Shown here one piece after another: positions 18,640-27,573 of a DNA stretch of 64,000 bases. This DNA is from a bacterium. Lineage in GTDB: Bacteria; Patescibacteriota; Minisyncoccia; Phycocordibacterales; Phycocordibacteraceae. The first letter of the stretch is position 1, and every line of letters begins with the position of its first letter. The translations under genes were made by a program, and so were the position numbers. Under the pieces are notes generated by a model that was given only the letters and a program-made list of their open reading frames with translations, was not told where the DNA came from and ran no database searches. Where the stretch lies: NCBI GenBank assembly GCA_037200965.1, contig JBBCGK010000001.1, positions 224,001 to 288,000 of the forward strand. Direction: 5' to 3'.

Positions 18640-19596
18640 CTAAACCGAGAAATTAGAAACGGAATAGAGGTCGTCTTCCGGAGCAGGAGGAGTCGCTGGC
18701 ATGGCATCGACGTGCGTGGTATTCGCCGCAAGCGGCGCGGGCGCCTGTGCAGCGGCGTCTTTTGCGGCGAGCGCGGCGACGATGCTCGAAAGATCCTCGG
18801 AAGAAAAGAAATCGATCATAAGCCGCCCGCCTTTGTCGTTCGATTCGATCATTACGCGGGTGCCGAGCGCTTCGGTAAGCGCGCGCTCGATGGTCACCAT
18901 CTCGGGTGTCTTGCGGTGATAGCGCTTCACGCGGTCGGGTGCGATATTGCGCGCGACCTGCTCCGCGGCGCGCACTGACATCTTCTTGAGCACGATCTCC
19001 TTGAAGAGCGTCTCCTGCTCGTCAGGCTTCCCTGCGAGCATGAGAATGGTGCGCGCGTGCCCTTCGGTCATTTCCTTGTCCACGATCGCCTGCAGCATAT
19101 GTTCCGGCAAATTAAGAAGCCGTACCGTGTTCGAGACATACTCCCGGCTCATGCCGATCTTCGCGCCGATCTCCGAATGCGAAAGGCCGAATTCTACGAG
19201 CTGCTCGAGCGCCTTCGCGCGGTCGACGGCATTAAGATCCTCGCGCTGCAGGTTCTCAATGATGGCGAGCTCGAGCTTCATGCGGTCGGTCTCCTCCCCT
19301 ACCCTGATCACGACCGGCACTTCCTTAAGTCCGATGAGCTTCGAGGCCCGAAGACGCCGCTCGCCCGCGATGAGCTCGTAGACGCTTGCGAGACCGCCTT
19401 CGGGCTTCTCGATCTCTTTCCTAGTTACCGTAAGCGGCTGGAGGACGCCATACTGGCGTATGGATTCGGCGAGCGCCTTGAGGCGCGCTTCGTCGAATTC
19501 CTTCCGCGGCTGATACGGATTCGGACTTATCTTATCGACCTCCACCCAGAAGATGGAATCGTACTTGGTCGGTTCGGCGAATTTCGAGTCGTGCAT
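18640..19596 (-). CDS. parB: chromosome partitioning protein ParB/Spo0J
   Basis: ParB box ISPNPYQPRKEF...VLQPLTV...ELIAGERRLRASKLIG, HTH; start trimmed to Met108 because the longer ORF runs through a tRNA gene. Confidence 0.85.
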   Translation of the reverse strand: MHDSKFAEPTKYDSIFWVEVDKISPNPYQPRKEFDEARLKALAESIRQYGVLQPLTVTRKEIEKPEGGLASVYELIAGERRLRASKLIGLKEVPVVIRVGEETDRMKLELAIIENLQREDLNAVDRAKALEQLVEFGLSHSEIGAKIGMSREYVSNTVRLLNLPEHMLQAIVDKEMTEGHARTILMLAGKPDEQETLFKEIVLKKMSVRAAEQVARNIAPDRVKRYHRKTPEMVTIERALTEALGTRVMIESNDKGGRLMIDFFSSEDLSSIVAALAAKDAAAQAPAPLAANTTHVDAMPATPPAPEDDLYSVSNFSV

Positions 19597-19658
19597 GATG
19601 AAAAAATAATACCATGCGCGTTGCGGCAAAGCCCAAGCGCGGGTAGGATGCATGGAAA

Positions 19659-19739
19659 GCCGGGGTGGCGAAATGGTATACGCAAGGGATTCAAAACCCC
19701 TCGCCGCAAGGCATGAGAGTTCAAGTCTCTCCCCCGGCA
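19659..19739 (+). tRNA. tRNA-Leu (anticodon CAA)
   Basis: acceptor GCCGGGG/CCCCGGC, D-arm with GG, anticodon loop TTCAAAA, long variable arm, T-arm GAGAG-TTCAAGT-CTCTC, discriminator A; no encoded CCA. Confidence 0.75.
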
Positions 19740-19765
19740 CAGCGTGGATAGTGGATAATGGTAGG

Positions 19766-20089
19766 ATGGTGGGTATGAAAGAATTAATGGAACGTATCGC
19801 GACGGTCTGGGAATGCGACCCTTCCCGGTACCCGGAACTTGCAGGCATGGATACTACCGAAAGGAAGAACTTTCTGATCAAACATTCGGTCCTCCACATA
19901 ACCAAGACCGCAGGCAAGCTCGCCGCCCTCTGCGAGGACTACGACCATACCAAACAGACCTCTCCGGAAGCGGAGGAAAAACTGAAGGCGGCGTCCGTAA
20001 AGATGTTCATCAACGCGCTCAAGCTCGCCGAAGAGGCAGGGTTAAGCGCGGACGAATTGCTTGAGCGCGCGCCCGGATACGTAAAATAA
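19766..20089 (+). CDS. MazG-like nucleotide pyrophosphohydrolase family protein (putative)
   Basis: about 107 aa all-helical; weak resemblance to small MazG/NTP-PPase domain; start could be 19766 or 19775. Confidence 0.35.
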   Translation: MVGMKELMERIATVWECDPSRYPELAGMDTTERKNFLIKHSVLHITKTAGKLAALCEDYDHTKQTSPEAEEKLKAASVKMFINALKLAEEAGLSADELLERAPGYVK

Positions 20090-20760
20090 TGACGCTTCGC
20101 AACATCCAATTAGATAAGAAAACCCTCAAGAAGTTCGTCGCGTCGGGCTTCATCGCGTGGAAAGAGAAACCGGTCACCTTCAAGTCGGGCCTCAGCTCGC
20201 ATGTCTATGTAGGCGGTCGCGACGATCTCACGCATGACCCGGAACTCTTGCTTGCCATAGGCGGCGCCCTCGCGAAGCGCGTGAAGGCGCTCACTCCAAA
20301 AGGCTTCCTCCCTTGCCTCATCGGCATCCCTTCCGCTGGCAGGACGCTCGCGCAGGCGGCGGCGATGCACCCTAAAGGCAAATTCGCGTTTGAAATATTG
20401 CGCGATAGGAAGAAAGCGTACGGAGCCCATAAGAAATGGGTCGACGGCAGGCCGCAGCCGAAACGGTTTTTCTATTTCACCATCGACAACACCATAACGG
20501 ATGGCGCTTCAAAATATGAGGCGTTCGAACGCCTCTGCGAAGACGGATACCCGGCAAAACGCATGAGCCATCTCATTCTCGTTGATCGCGAAGAGGGCGG
20601 CGCCGAAAAGCTCCGGGCCAGAGGCTACCGTGTCGAGACCGTCTGGAACCTTACCGACATCGTGCGCGCCTTGGTCGCGCATAAAATATGGACTCAAAAA
20701 CGCGGCGCCATAGCGCTCGCGGAAATCGCTGAAAACAGGAAAGCGGTCAGCGCGGTCTAA
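20089..20760 (+). CDS. phosphoribosyltransferase, orotate-PRTase-like
   Basis: FKSGLSSHVYVGGRDDL...DPELL N-terminal OPRT-like pattern and type I PRT loop FYFTIDNTITDGAS; 1-nt overlap with previous gene. Confidence 0.55.
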   Translation: MTLRNIQLDKKTLKKFVASGFIAWKEKPVTFKSGLSSHVYVGGRDDLTHDPELLLAIGGALAKRVKALTPKGFLPCLIGIPSAGRTLAQAAAMHPKGKFAFEILRDRKKAYGAHKKWVDGRPQPKRFFYFTIDNTITDGASKYEAFERLCEDGYPAKRMSHLILVDREEGGAEKLRARGYRVETVWNLTDIVRALVAHKIWTQKRGAIALAEIAENRKAVSAV

Positions 20761-21422
20761 ATCTTCCCCACGAGCCCCAACCCCGGCTCGAGCGTATCGT
20801 CGCCCGGCTCCCAGGAAGCGGGACATACGTTCCCCGGATGCGTCTCGACATATTGCGCGGCCTGGAGTTTCCTGAGCGTTTCCTTCCCCGAACGGCCGAC
20901 GCTGTTGTCGTGTATCTCCATAGTGCGGAGCACGCCCGACGGGTCGATGAGGAAGGTACCACGCAGCGACAACCCCTCGTCCGCAAGGAGCGGCGCTTCC
21001 CCGCCCTCGATCAACGTGCCGAATGCGTACGCGAGCTTCCCCGAAGGATCCGCCGCCATCGGGAACTTGATCTGCTTTATCGCTTCCGATGTGTCGTGCC
21101 AGGCCTTATGCGCGAAGACCGTGTCGGTGGAGACGGAGAGCACTTCCGCATTCAGTTCCCGGAACTTCGGATAGAGAGCCGCCATCTCCTGAAGCTCCGT
21201 CGGACAGACGAAGGTAAAGTCAGCCGGATAGAACATGAGGACAAGCCACGATCCCCGGAAGCCGGAGAGCTTCATGGTTTTGATCTCCTCCCCGTGAAAA
21301 ACCTCGAACTCGAAGTCGGGCACCCGCTCCCCTATCCGCACCAGGGAGGCGTATTCGCCCACCTTGTCGTGGAAATCGCCGCAATGCTCGCAATAGTTGC
21401 TTTTCTGCTCTTTCATAGCCAT
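20757..21422 (-). CDS. peroxiredoxin (AhpC/TSA, 2-Cys Prx)
   Basis: FTFVCPTE peroxidatic Cys motif, resolving Cys near C-terminus (GNVCPASW). Confidence 0.9.
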   Translation of the reverse strand: MAMKEQKSNYCEHCGDFHDKVGEYASLVRIGERVPDFEFEVFHGEEIKTMKLSGFRGSWLVLMFYPADFTFVCPTELQEMAALYPKFRELNAEVLSVSTDTVFAHKAWHDTSEAIKQIKFPMAADPSGKLAYAFGTLIEGGEAPLLADEGLSLRGTFLIDPSGVLRTMEIHDNSVGRSGKETLRKLQAAQYVETHPGNVCPASWEPGDDTLEPGLGLVGKI

Positions 21423-21461
21423 GTTCGATTAGCGCTTCATGCCATGATAGCATGCGCGAAC

Positions 21462-22328
21462 ATGAAGGCTAAAACCCGTATCGTCTGCATAATCGGCCCT
21501 ACCGCCTCGGGAAAATCGGCCAAGGCCGTCGCGCTCGCGAAAGAAAGGAACGGCGAAGTGATATCGGTGGATTCGCGGCAAGTATATCGCGGGCTCGATG
21601 TCGGAACGGAAAAGATAAGCGCCGGTGAGATGGACGGAGTCCCGCACCACCTGATCGACATCCGCGAGCCCGAGGAGGTATATACGGCACGCGATTTCGC
21701 CCGCGATGCCGAGCGGCTGATCGGGGATATTTCCTCGCGCGGCAAGCTTCCTATACTCGCCGGAGGAACGCATTTCTACTTCGACGCGCTTCTGCGCGCC
21801 GTGCCGGAGAAAGTTCCGCGAAACGCCCTTCTTCAAAAAGAACTGGAGGCGCTCCCGACGGAGGAGCTCGCGGAACGAGTCGCGAAGCTCGATCCGCGCC
21901 GCGCGTCCGAGCTCGATCCGAAAAACCGGAGACGGCTCGTCCGCGCGCTCGAGCTCATAAGCGCGCACGGCACGGTGCCGGTGCGCGATACCGCATACCG
22001 GAGCGATTATGAAATCGAATGGATCGTCCTCGATCCCTCTCCCAAAGAGTACCGGGAACGGCTTGAGGCGCGGGAGAAGGAGAAGTTTCCGCGCGGCCTT
22101 ATCGAGGAAGTCAGGCGTATCCGCGAGCGCGTGGGCGACGTACGCCTTAATGAGCTCGGACTCGAATACCGGATCATCGGGGAATATCTGCGGGGCGAAC
22201 GGACCGAGGATTCGATCCTCCCCGCCCTCTCCGCCAAGCTCTGGCAATACGCCCGGCGCCAAAGGGCCTGGGTGCGGAAACTTATGGACATCAGTTCGGA
22301 AGCTTCGTCGCGCCCGGGCAGAAGCTGA
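21462..22328 (+). CDS. miaA: tRNA dimethylallyltransferase
   Basis: P-loop IIGPTASGKS, DSRQVYRGLDVGTEK; start at Met 21462 inside the longer listed ORF. Confidence 0.9.
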   Translation: MKAKTRIVCIIGPTASGKSAKAVALAKERNGEVISVDSRQVYRGLDVGTEKISAGEMDGVPHHLIDIREPEEVYTARDFARDAERLIGDISSRGKLPILAGGTHFYFDALLRAVPEKVPRNALLQKELEALPTEELAERVAKLDPRRASELDPKNRRRLVRALELISAHGTVPVRDTAYRSDYEIEWIVLDPSPKEYRERLEAREKEKFPRGLIEEVRRIRERVGDVRLNELGLEYRIIGEYLRGERTEDSILPALSAKLWQYARRQRAWVRKLMDISSEASSRPGRS

Positions 22329-22839
22329 GACCGAGGCTTTTCCCGGCATACGCGTCATTCACGCCCGGACCCGCCGAAACCACCGTATCGAGCGCGCATA
22401 GCTGAGTGTCGCTTAGCTCAAGCGCGGTGCGCAGGGCTTGTTCCGCCGCAAGCCGGACGGACCCGAGCGGCTCGGCAAGAAGCGTGATGAGAAATTGCGG
22501 CCGCTGCGTCGTCGGGTCGGGAAGGATATAGGTAATGACAAAATCCGACGTTACGCTCCCGGCAACCTGGTATCCGGCCGCCGGACCGGCCCAATCAGGC
22601 TGGTTACTTTTCGTAAAATCAGGAACTTGAACGGTGCTCCCGTCATTGAGAATGACGGGCAAGAGATCCGAACTGGTACCGGACGTCGTCGTAACGGTTC
22701 CTGCCGGCGTTCCGAAGGGATTCGTAGCGGGATTCTGTACCGGGAGCTCGGCGCTATGTGGCCGGATCAGATAAAAAGCCAGCACGGCTATAATCGCAAC
22801 AAGTATCACTGCCGCGGTGATGATCAGTTTCGCTTTCAT
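22291..22839 (-). CDS. hypothetical signal-anchored protein
   Basis: N-terminal TM helix, Thr/Ser/Pro-rich linker. Confidence 0.4.
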   Translation of the reverse strand: MKAKLIITAAVILVAIIAVLAFYLIRPHSAELPVQNPATNPFGTPAGTVTTTSGTSSDLLPVILNDGSTVQVPDFTKSNQPDWAGPAAGYQVAGSVTSDFVITYILPDPTTQRPQFLITLLAEPLGSVRLAAEQALRTALELSDTQLCALDTVVSAGPGVNDAYAGKSLGLSFCPGATKLPN

Positions 22840-22870
22840 GGCAAGATATTCATTAGCATACCATTTCGCG

Positions 22871-23764
22871 CTATCCTCCCGGAGCGCATACGCCCGAGAG
22901 CGTCTTCGCGCCCGGAACGCCGCAGCGGCTTGCGGAACATGCCCATGCGCTCATTGTCGGCGTATAGAGGCCGCAGGCGGCCTGCGTGTTGATTTTCGGA
23001 TCCTGAGCCGCACGAACGCACTGAGTATAGAGATTCTGGTCTTTAACGGAAGAGTCGCACCACCCTACCTTGCCCTGATTCCGTATGTACTGCCCCGAGC
23101 ACGGGTGCGTGAATGCGGCCGGGCAATTAAGACTGCCGAGCTTCGTCGTCGTGAGATTGATCTGCCAAAGTCCCCAAGAATAGCTCGGTCCCTTTCCCTT
23201 ATCGAGCTTGTCGGATCCGCTCGGGATCGCGGTTTGTCCGCCCGCGCTTTCGAGATTGCATACTTTCGACGCCACTTCCCCGTTTGCCGCGAAGCATGTT
23301 CCTTGGAGGCCTTGCACGCTGCAGGGGTTGTTCGCGTTTGAAGGCACCTTGCACGAACTGTTTCCCGAACTCGGCGTCGCGGAAACATTGGTCGCCGTTA
23401 CTGGTGCCCGCGGCGTGCTGAGCTCAAGACAGGCAGCCTCGCCCCCGGAAATGATCGCGTTCCACGGCCCGAACGTGCCGTTATAGAGCGCATTCATGAC
23501 CGTATTGACGATAAGCCATGCACCAAGGACGACCAGAAGACCGATTACCGTCTGCAGCACCACGGTTCGCGCCTGCTTCACGTTATCCGGACTCGCGGCG
23601 TTGGTTACGAACAGGAATCCCGCGTACACCAGCAGAAGCACGGCAAAAAAGACCGCCAGATACAGGCCGAATTTGAGAAGGTTCTGAACTACGGCGAAAA
23701 AACCGCCCCAGCCGCAGGCGCAATGCTGGCAGATCTCGGGGACGATGCTCCCGGTGAAGTCCAT
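22871..23764 (-). CDS. pilin-like two-TM N-terminal domain fused to Cys-rich extracellular domain
   Basis: N-terminal TM - short polar loop (NAASPDNVKQAR) - TM - LIVNTV architecture matches the pilin-like array at 36902..39247; C-terminal 200 aa has 20 Cys. Confidence 0.5.
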   Translation of the reverse strand: MDFTGSIVPEICQHCACGWGGFFAVVQNLLKFGLYLAVFFAVLLLVYAGFLFVTNAASPDNVKQARTVVLQTVIGLLVVLGAWLIVNTVMNALYNGTFGPWNAIISGGEAACLELSTPRAPVTATNVSATPSSGNSSCKVPSNANNPCSVQGLQGTCFAANGEVASKVCNLESAGGQTAIPSGSDKLDKGKGPSYSWGLWQINLTTTKLGSLNCPAAFTHPCSGQYIRNQGKVGWCDSSVKDQNLYTQCVRAAQDPKINTQAACGLYTPTMSAWACSASRCGVPGAKTLSGVCAPGG

Positions 23765-23837
23765 ATGAGTATGTATATACTACCGTATCTTTTCGCTGCA
23801 CGAACGCTCTCCCCAGTAAAATAAGAGCATCAGTCCC

Positions 23838-24521
23838 GTGCCTGCTACACTGGGTTCAATGAAATTGAAAGAGAAGGAGGCCGCAATACGCCTGCGCTAC
23901 AAAGGGCATACGCTAAACGAGATAACCGCGATGCTGGGAGTCGCAAAAAGTTCCGTGTCGCTCTGGGTGAGGACGTTGGATATTTCTCCGCAGGCGCGGG
24001 AACGGATAGCGTCGCTGCAAACTACAGGACAGAAGACGGCCCGAAACAACAGATTGGCGCTGACTTCTCGCATACTTTCGGAAGCAAAAGAAGATGCGGA
24101 TGTCCTGACGAAGCGTATCAAACTGGATAAAGATTGGGCACTTGTAGTGTGCAGCCTTCTATATTGGTGCGAGGGAGAAAAGAGCCATAATGACGGCAGG
24201 TTCAGATTTTCAAATTCGGATGTCGATATAATACGGGCGTTCGTTGTGCTGTTGCGAACGGCACTTGTTCTTGATGAAAGAAAGTTCAGAATCTGCATGC
24301 ACCTTCACGAATATCATAATGAGTCAAAACTGCGATTGTTCTGGTCGGAGATAACCGGAATCCCGGAAGAGCAATTTCTTAAAACATTTTGGAAACCGCA
24401 TACCGGAAAGACCATAAAACAAGGATACCCGGGCTGCATACACATTACGTACCACGATGTACGGGTAGCGCGAAAAATATCCGCTACTGCCCGAGCGTTT
24501 CTTAAAAGCATGGTACAATGA
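23838..24521 (+). CDS. HTH protein, possible LAGLIDADG-like homing endonuclease
   Basis: N-terminal HTH (GHTLNEITAMLGVAKSSVSLWV), LLYWCEGEKSHNDGRF block resembling a single LAGLIDADG motif; lower-GC region, ends 7 nt before tRNA-Trp. Confidence 0.3.
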   Translation: MPATLGSMKLKEKEAAIRLRYKGHTLNEITAMLGVAKSSVSLWVRTLDISPQARERIASLQTTGQKTARNNRLALTSRILSEAKEDADVLTKRIKLDKDWALVVCSLLYWCEGEKSHNDGRFRFSNSDVDIIRAFVVLLRTALVLDERKFRICMHLHEYHNESKLRLFWSEITGIPEEQFLKTFWKPHTGKTIKQGYPGCIHITYHDVRVARKISATARAFLKSMVQ

Positions 24522-24528
24522 TGGATAC

Positions 24529-24600
24529 GGGTCCATAGTTTCAATGGTAAAACGCTTCTCTCCAAAAGAAGTATTGCTGGTTCGAGTCCAGCTGGGCCCG
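24529..24600 (+). tRNA. tRNA-Trp (anticodon CCA)
   Basis: acceptor GGGTCCA/TGGGCCC (one G-U), U8 A9, D-stem GTTT/AAAC, anticodon arm CTTCT-CTCCAAA-AGAAG, T-arm GCTGG-TTCGAGT-CCAGC, discriminator G. Confidence 0.8.
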
Positions 24601-24622
24601 CTAAAAGTGATACACTGAGCGC

Positions 24623-25024
24623 ATGGAAACTATTGCCGTACGTCTTACCGATGGGCAAGATTTACTGGTGGAAATCAAGGACGTAACCTTTAAACAGGAT
24701 ATCGAAGCGGGCGTTATTCTTTCCGGAGTCGGAAGTTTGAAGAAAGCGAAAATCCGTGTTCCGGTGATAAACGGTGAAGTAAAGTACATCGAACCACAGA
24801 ACCTAGAGATCGATGCGCTGCATGGAACAGTGTCAAAAAACGGTTGTCATGTGCATATTACTGTTTCTGATATTTCAGGAAACGCCTATGGAGGGCATAT
24901 AAAGGAAGGGTGTATCGTCCGGACTACATGCGAACTGGTGATAGGAATAGTGAAGAACACCCGCTTTAAGCGCACACTAGATCCCGCTACCGGATTTGAA
25001 GAGCTCGTAATCGAAACCGCTTAA
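24623..25024 (+). CDS. PPC/DUF296 domain protein
   Basis: 133 aa; pattern ...ILSGVGSL...ALHGTVSKNGCHVHITVSD..GNAYGGHIKEG typical of PPC (PF03479). Confidence 0.55.
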   Translation: METIAVRLTDGQDLLVEIKDVTFKQDIEAGVILSGVGSLKKAKIRVPVINGEVKYIEPQNLEIDALHGTVSKNGCHVHITVSDISGNAYGGHIKEGCIVRTTCELVIGIVKNTRFKRTLDPATGFEELVIETA

Positions 25025-26090
25025 ACCCCTCTTGTCCGAAACCAGAAATCATTCTTTATCTCTTCCGTAAGGCGATACGCATCGGCGTGGGAGAGGACGC
25101 CAAGATATGAATTAAAAGATGAAAGGACAGTTGTTTCACTTGTATTGCCTGTCCTAAATTCCGCTGCACGCTTCCGAAGCTTCCGGATGATTCTCTGTTT
25201 TGTCTTCCGGCGTAGGGCGATATGCCCGGGCAATACGACGTATCCGAGGAAGTCGATCCCTTGTCGATACGTGCGGATAAAGACTTTATCAGGATGAAGG
25301 GAGAGGTGAAGTCGTTCTTCAAGAAACGTGCCAATTTCGGGAATCAGACTCTCAAGATACGAACGGTCTCCTGACACGATTACGAAATCATCCGTATATC
25401 GCATATAATGTTTGACCCTAAGCCCATGCTTTATAAATTGGTCGAGCTCGTTCATATACACGTTGGCGAAAAGCTGGCTCGTAAGATTGCCGATCGGCAC
25501 TCCGTTCCTTGGCGTATCGTCCCCCCCCCCCCCCCCCCATTCAATCCGGCCGTATAGCTTTCGATAACTTCTTCGAGAAGCCAGAGAACTTCCGGATCGG
25601 CGATTTTCTTTCTGAGAATGCCGAGCAGTACCGCGTGATTGATGGTGTCGAAAAACTTCCGTACGTCGCACTTCAAGGCGAAACAAGGCCGCGTCCCGTT
25701 CGCACTTACCGCACGCAGCGAATGCTTCAAATATTCGACGCCTTTGTGCGTGCCCTTTCCTATCCGGCAGGAAAAAGAGGACGCTATAAAGGTCGGCTCG
25801 AAAACCGGATTGAGTATCTTAAAAATCGCATGGTGGAGTACGCGGTCGCGTACCGTCGCCTTATGTATGCGCCGTATCTTTGGGTCGCGGATCCAAAAAC
25901 CCCGGTACGGCCCGTGGCGGTAATACTTGCCGCGCAGCTCCCGAGCAAGTTTGAAAAGTTCATACTCGACGTTTTGCTCGAAAGCCGCCACGTCCGGTTT
26001 GCCGCGCTTATCGCGCTTAAAGATATCCCACGCCTCGAACAGGTTTTCTGGCGAGGTTATCGATCCGTATAAGTCCTTATATACCTTCAT
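25021..26090 (-). CDS. DGR-type reverse transcriptase, interrupted by a -1 frameshift in a poly-G tract
   Basis: Two overlapping ORFs (25452..26090 and 25021..25686) that together give a 356-aa RT: N-terminal fingers, IGNLTSQ (the I/LGxxxSQ motif diagnostic of DGR RTs), YTDD catalytic motif; frames differ by one nt at the homopolymer. Confidence 0.8.
25521..25538. repeat. homopolymer tract (18 C on plus = poly-G in RT coding strand)
   Basis: length 18 from ORF-track arithmetic (my visual count of the line suggested up to 22); 19 or 22 nt would put both RT halves in one frame. Confidence 0.8.
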
Positions 26091-26444
26091 ATGAATAGTG
26101 ACCTAGACATACCGATTTTCAAGAAGAGTTACGACCTGTATAAGATGTTCTACGGCTACCGCGCCGACGTGTCGAAGCAGGATCGATACACGATCTGGCA
26201 GCGTTCGGAGAATTCCATCCTCGACATCGTCGAGGCGATTCTGCTTGCAAGCCAGTCAAGTAAAGCGGAGAAACTTCCGATACTTGAGGGGGCGAGCGTG
26301 AAGCTCAACCTGGTACGGATTCTGGTTCGACTCACGAAGGACGTGAAAGCCATCGATAACAAGAAATACCTTGCGCTTGAAGCGAACGTTGACGAGATCG
26401 GCAGGATGCTTGGCGGATGGATCCGTTCGGCCAAGGAACGGTAG
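26091..26444 (+). CDS. avd: Avd-like four-helix-bundle protein (DGR accessory variability determinant family)
   Basis: 117 aa; C-terminal DEIGRMLGGWIRSAK matches the bAvd/four-helix-bundle family; start codon directly abuts the RT start (CAT|ATG). Confidence 0.7.
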   Translation: MNSDLDIPIFKKSYDLYKMFYGYRADVSKQDRYTIWQRSENSILDIVEAILLASQSSKAEKLPILEGASVKLNLVRILVRLTKDVKAIDNKKYLALEANVDEIGRMLGGWIRSAKER

Positions 26445-27276
26445 GAGAAATCCGCCGAGGAGGCGGATCTTCTTCCGGATAGAGAAACGACTGCCAGGCA
26501 GCGGCCAGACCGAGGTCGGAGACGCGGTAGCTGTCCCAGTAGGGGCTGACGTTGACGGACTCGGAGTCGACGCCGACATAGACGTGATTGCCGTCCGCGT
26601 CGAGACTGGACGTGCGAACGTAGAGACTCTTGAAGAGCCAAACGCCACGGACTTCGAAGAAGACCGTGATGAACCAGCTCGTCTCGGCGGCGTTCGGGAC
26701 GCGTTCGGTGTTCGAGGGCAGCAGGGTCTGTTCGCCCCAGGTTTTGCTCGTCGAACCCGTGACTTCCGTCTTCTTGTGGGCGAACCACCCGGAGCCGGTG
26801 AGATCGCTCTGCGCGAACCTCGCCTGCTCGTACCAGCCGCCGGTCTTGCTGGAGAAGAGCTTGGGCTTCAGGGCACGGATGGCCAGGAGCGCGAGCATCT
26901 GCGGCGAGTGCGGCATCAGGGCATAGCCAGCGGCCTTGAGCGCGTTCAGCGTCTCGACCGGCGGAATGCTGTCCGCGAGCGCTTCGATCTGCTGCGCGCT
27001 GTAGGCGATGTCCGGACGCTTCGCCATGATCTCTTCGGCGGTGATGAAGTCGCCGCCAAGGATGGAACGCGCGAGCGTGTAATCCGGCTGCTTTGCCGAA
27101 AGGCGCGTCACCAGGGCGACGAACCCTTCGTCGAATTCACCGCGGCGCCTGAAGAGGCGCTGGTGAGCTTCGTGATCGAGGGGAACATCGCTGCGAATGC
27201 GCGCGGCGGCGGATGCGATCATCTCGTCGAGGTGGTCGTGTTGGCCTGACGTGGCCGGGGATGCCGACATGGTCAT
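26332..27276 (-). CDS. hypothetical protein, candidate DGR target (unverified)
   Basis: 314-aa ORF upstream of RT on same strand; Gly/Trp-rich C-terminal region (TGGWYEQARF...GSGWFAHKK...); last about 37 codons are antisense to avd and look non-protein-like, so the true 3' end is uncertain. Confidence 0.4.
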   Translation of the reverse strand: MTMSASPATSGQHDHLDEMIASAAARIRSDVPLDHEAHQRLFRRRGEFDEGFVALVTRLSAKQPDYTLARSILGGDFITAEEIMAKRPDIAYSAQQIEALADSIPPVETLNALKAAGYALMPHSPQMLALLAIRALKPKLFSSKTGGWYEQARFAQSDLTGSGWFAHKKTEVTGSTSKTWGEQTLLPSNTERVPNAAETSWFITVFFEVRGVWLFKSLYVRTSSLDADGNHVYVGVDSESVNVSPYWDSYRVSDLGLAAAWQSFLYPEEDPPPRRISPTVPWPNGSIRQASCRSRQRSLQAQGISCYRWLSRPS

Positions 27277-27324
27277 ATTCCTTTTTCAATGCCCGAGTCG
27301 TCGGACTTGCGTCTTGCCTGTGTA

Positions 27325-27399
27325 AGGCGAGCTATTTACGGCCTAGTTGTAAAATGTTTCGACAGATACTGTCGAAAATAAGCCGTAAATAGCTCGCCT
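27325..27399. repeat. perfect 18-bp-arm palindrome with nested 9-bp hairpin
   Basis: AGGCGAGCTATTTACGGC ... GCCGTAAATAGCTCGCCT with inner TTTCGACAG-ATA-CTGTCGAAA; in AT-rich intergenic region upstream of the 26332..27276 gene. Confidence 0.7.
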
Positions 27400-27573
27400 C
27401 ACGAGTTCTTGGTTATCAAAGAGCCGATTGCGGTCAAGCGTACACGATATACGATATATTGTCAAGTATGCATTTAGTACGGACCGGCAGTGTGTACTTG
27501 CCGTGTAGTCCGGAAACAACAGACGCCCGACTCCAATCCTTCGGGCGACTGTCGTCAGGCATCGTATTCGCTC

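Noticed and set aside
19597-19917. N-terminal 107-aa extension of the ParB ORF
   Set aside because: It overlaps a well-formed tRNA-Leu(CAA) gene on the opposite strand and has no ParB-like sequence. The true start is taken as Met108 (19596).
20838-21461. N-terminal 208 aa of the long plus-strand ORF containing miaA
   Set aside because: Antisense to the peroxiredoxin gene. MiaA begins at its own Met with the P-loop 10 residues later.
21429-22358. 309-aa minus-strand ORF
   Set aside because: Antisense to miaA (P-loop GPTASGKS on the plus strand).
25500-25560. Homopolymer considered as CRISPR / simple-repeat array
   Set aside because: Single mononucleotide tract with no spacer-repeat structure. 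No CRISPR-like direct repeats were seen anywhere in the window.
26371-27249. 292-aa plus-strand ORF downstream of avd, considered as possible DGR target
   Set aside because: Arg-rich garbage translation. The opposite-strand 314-aa ORF is protein-like, so this one is treated as an antisense artefact.
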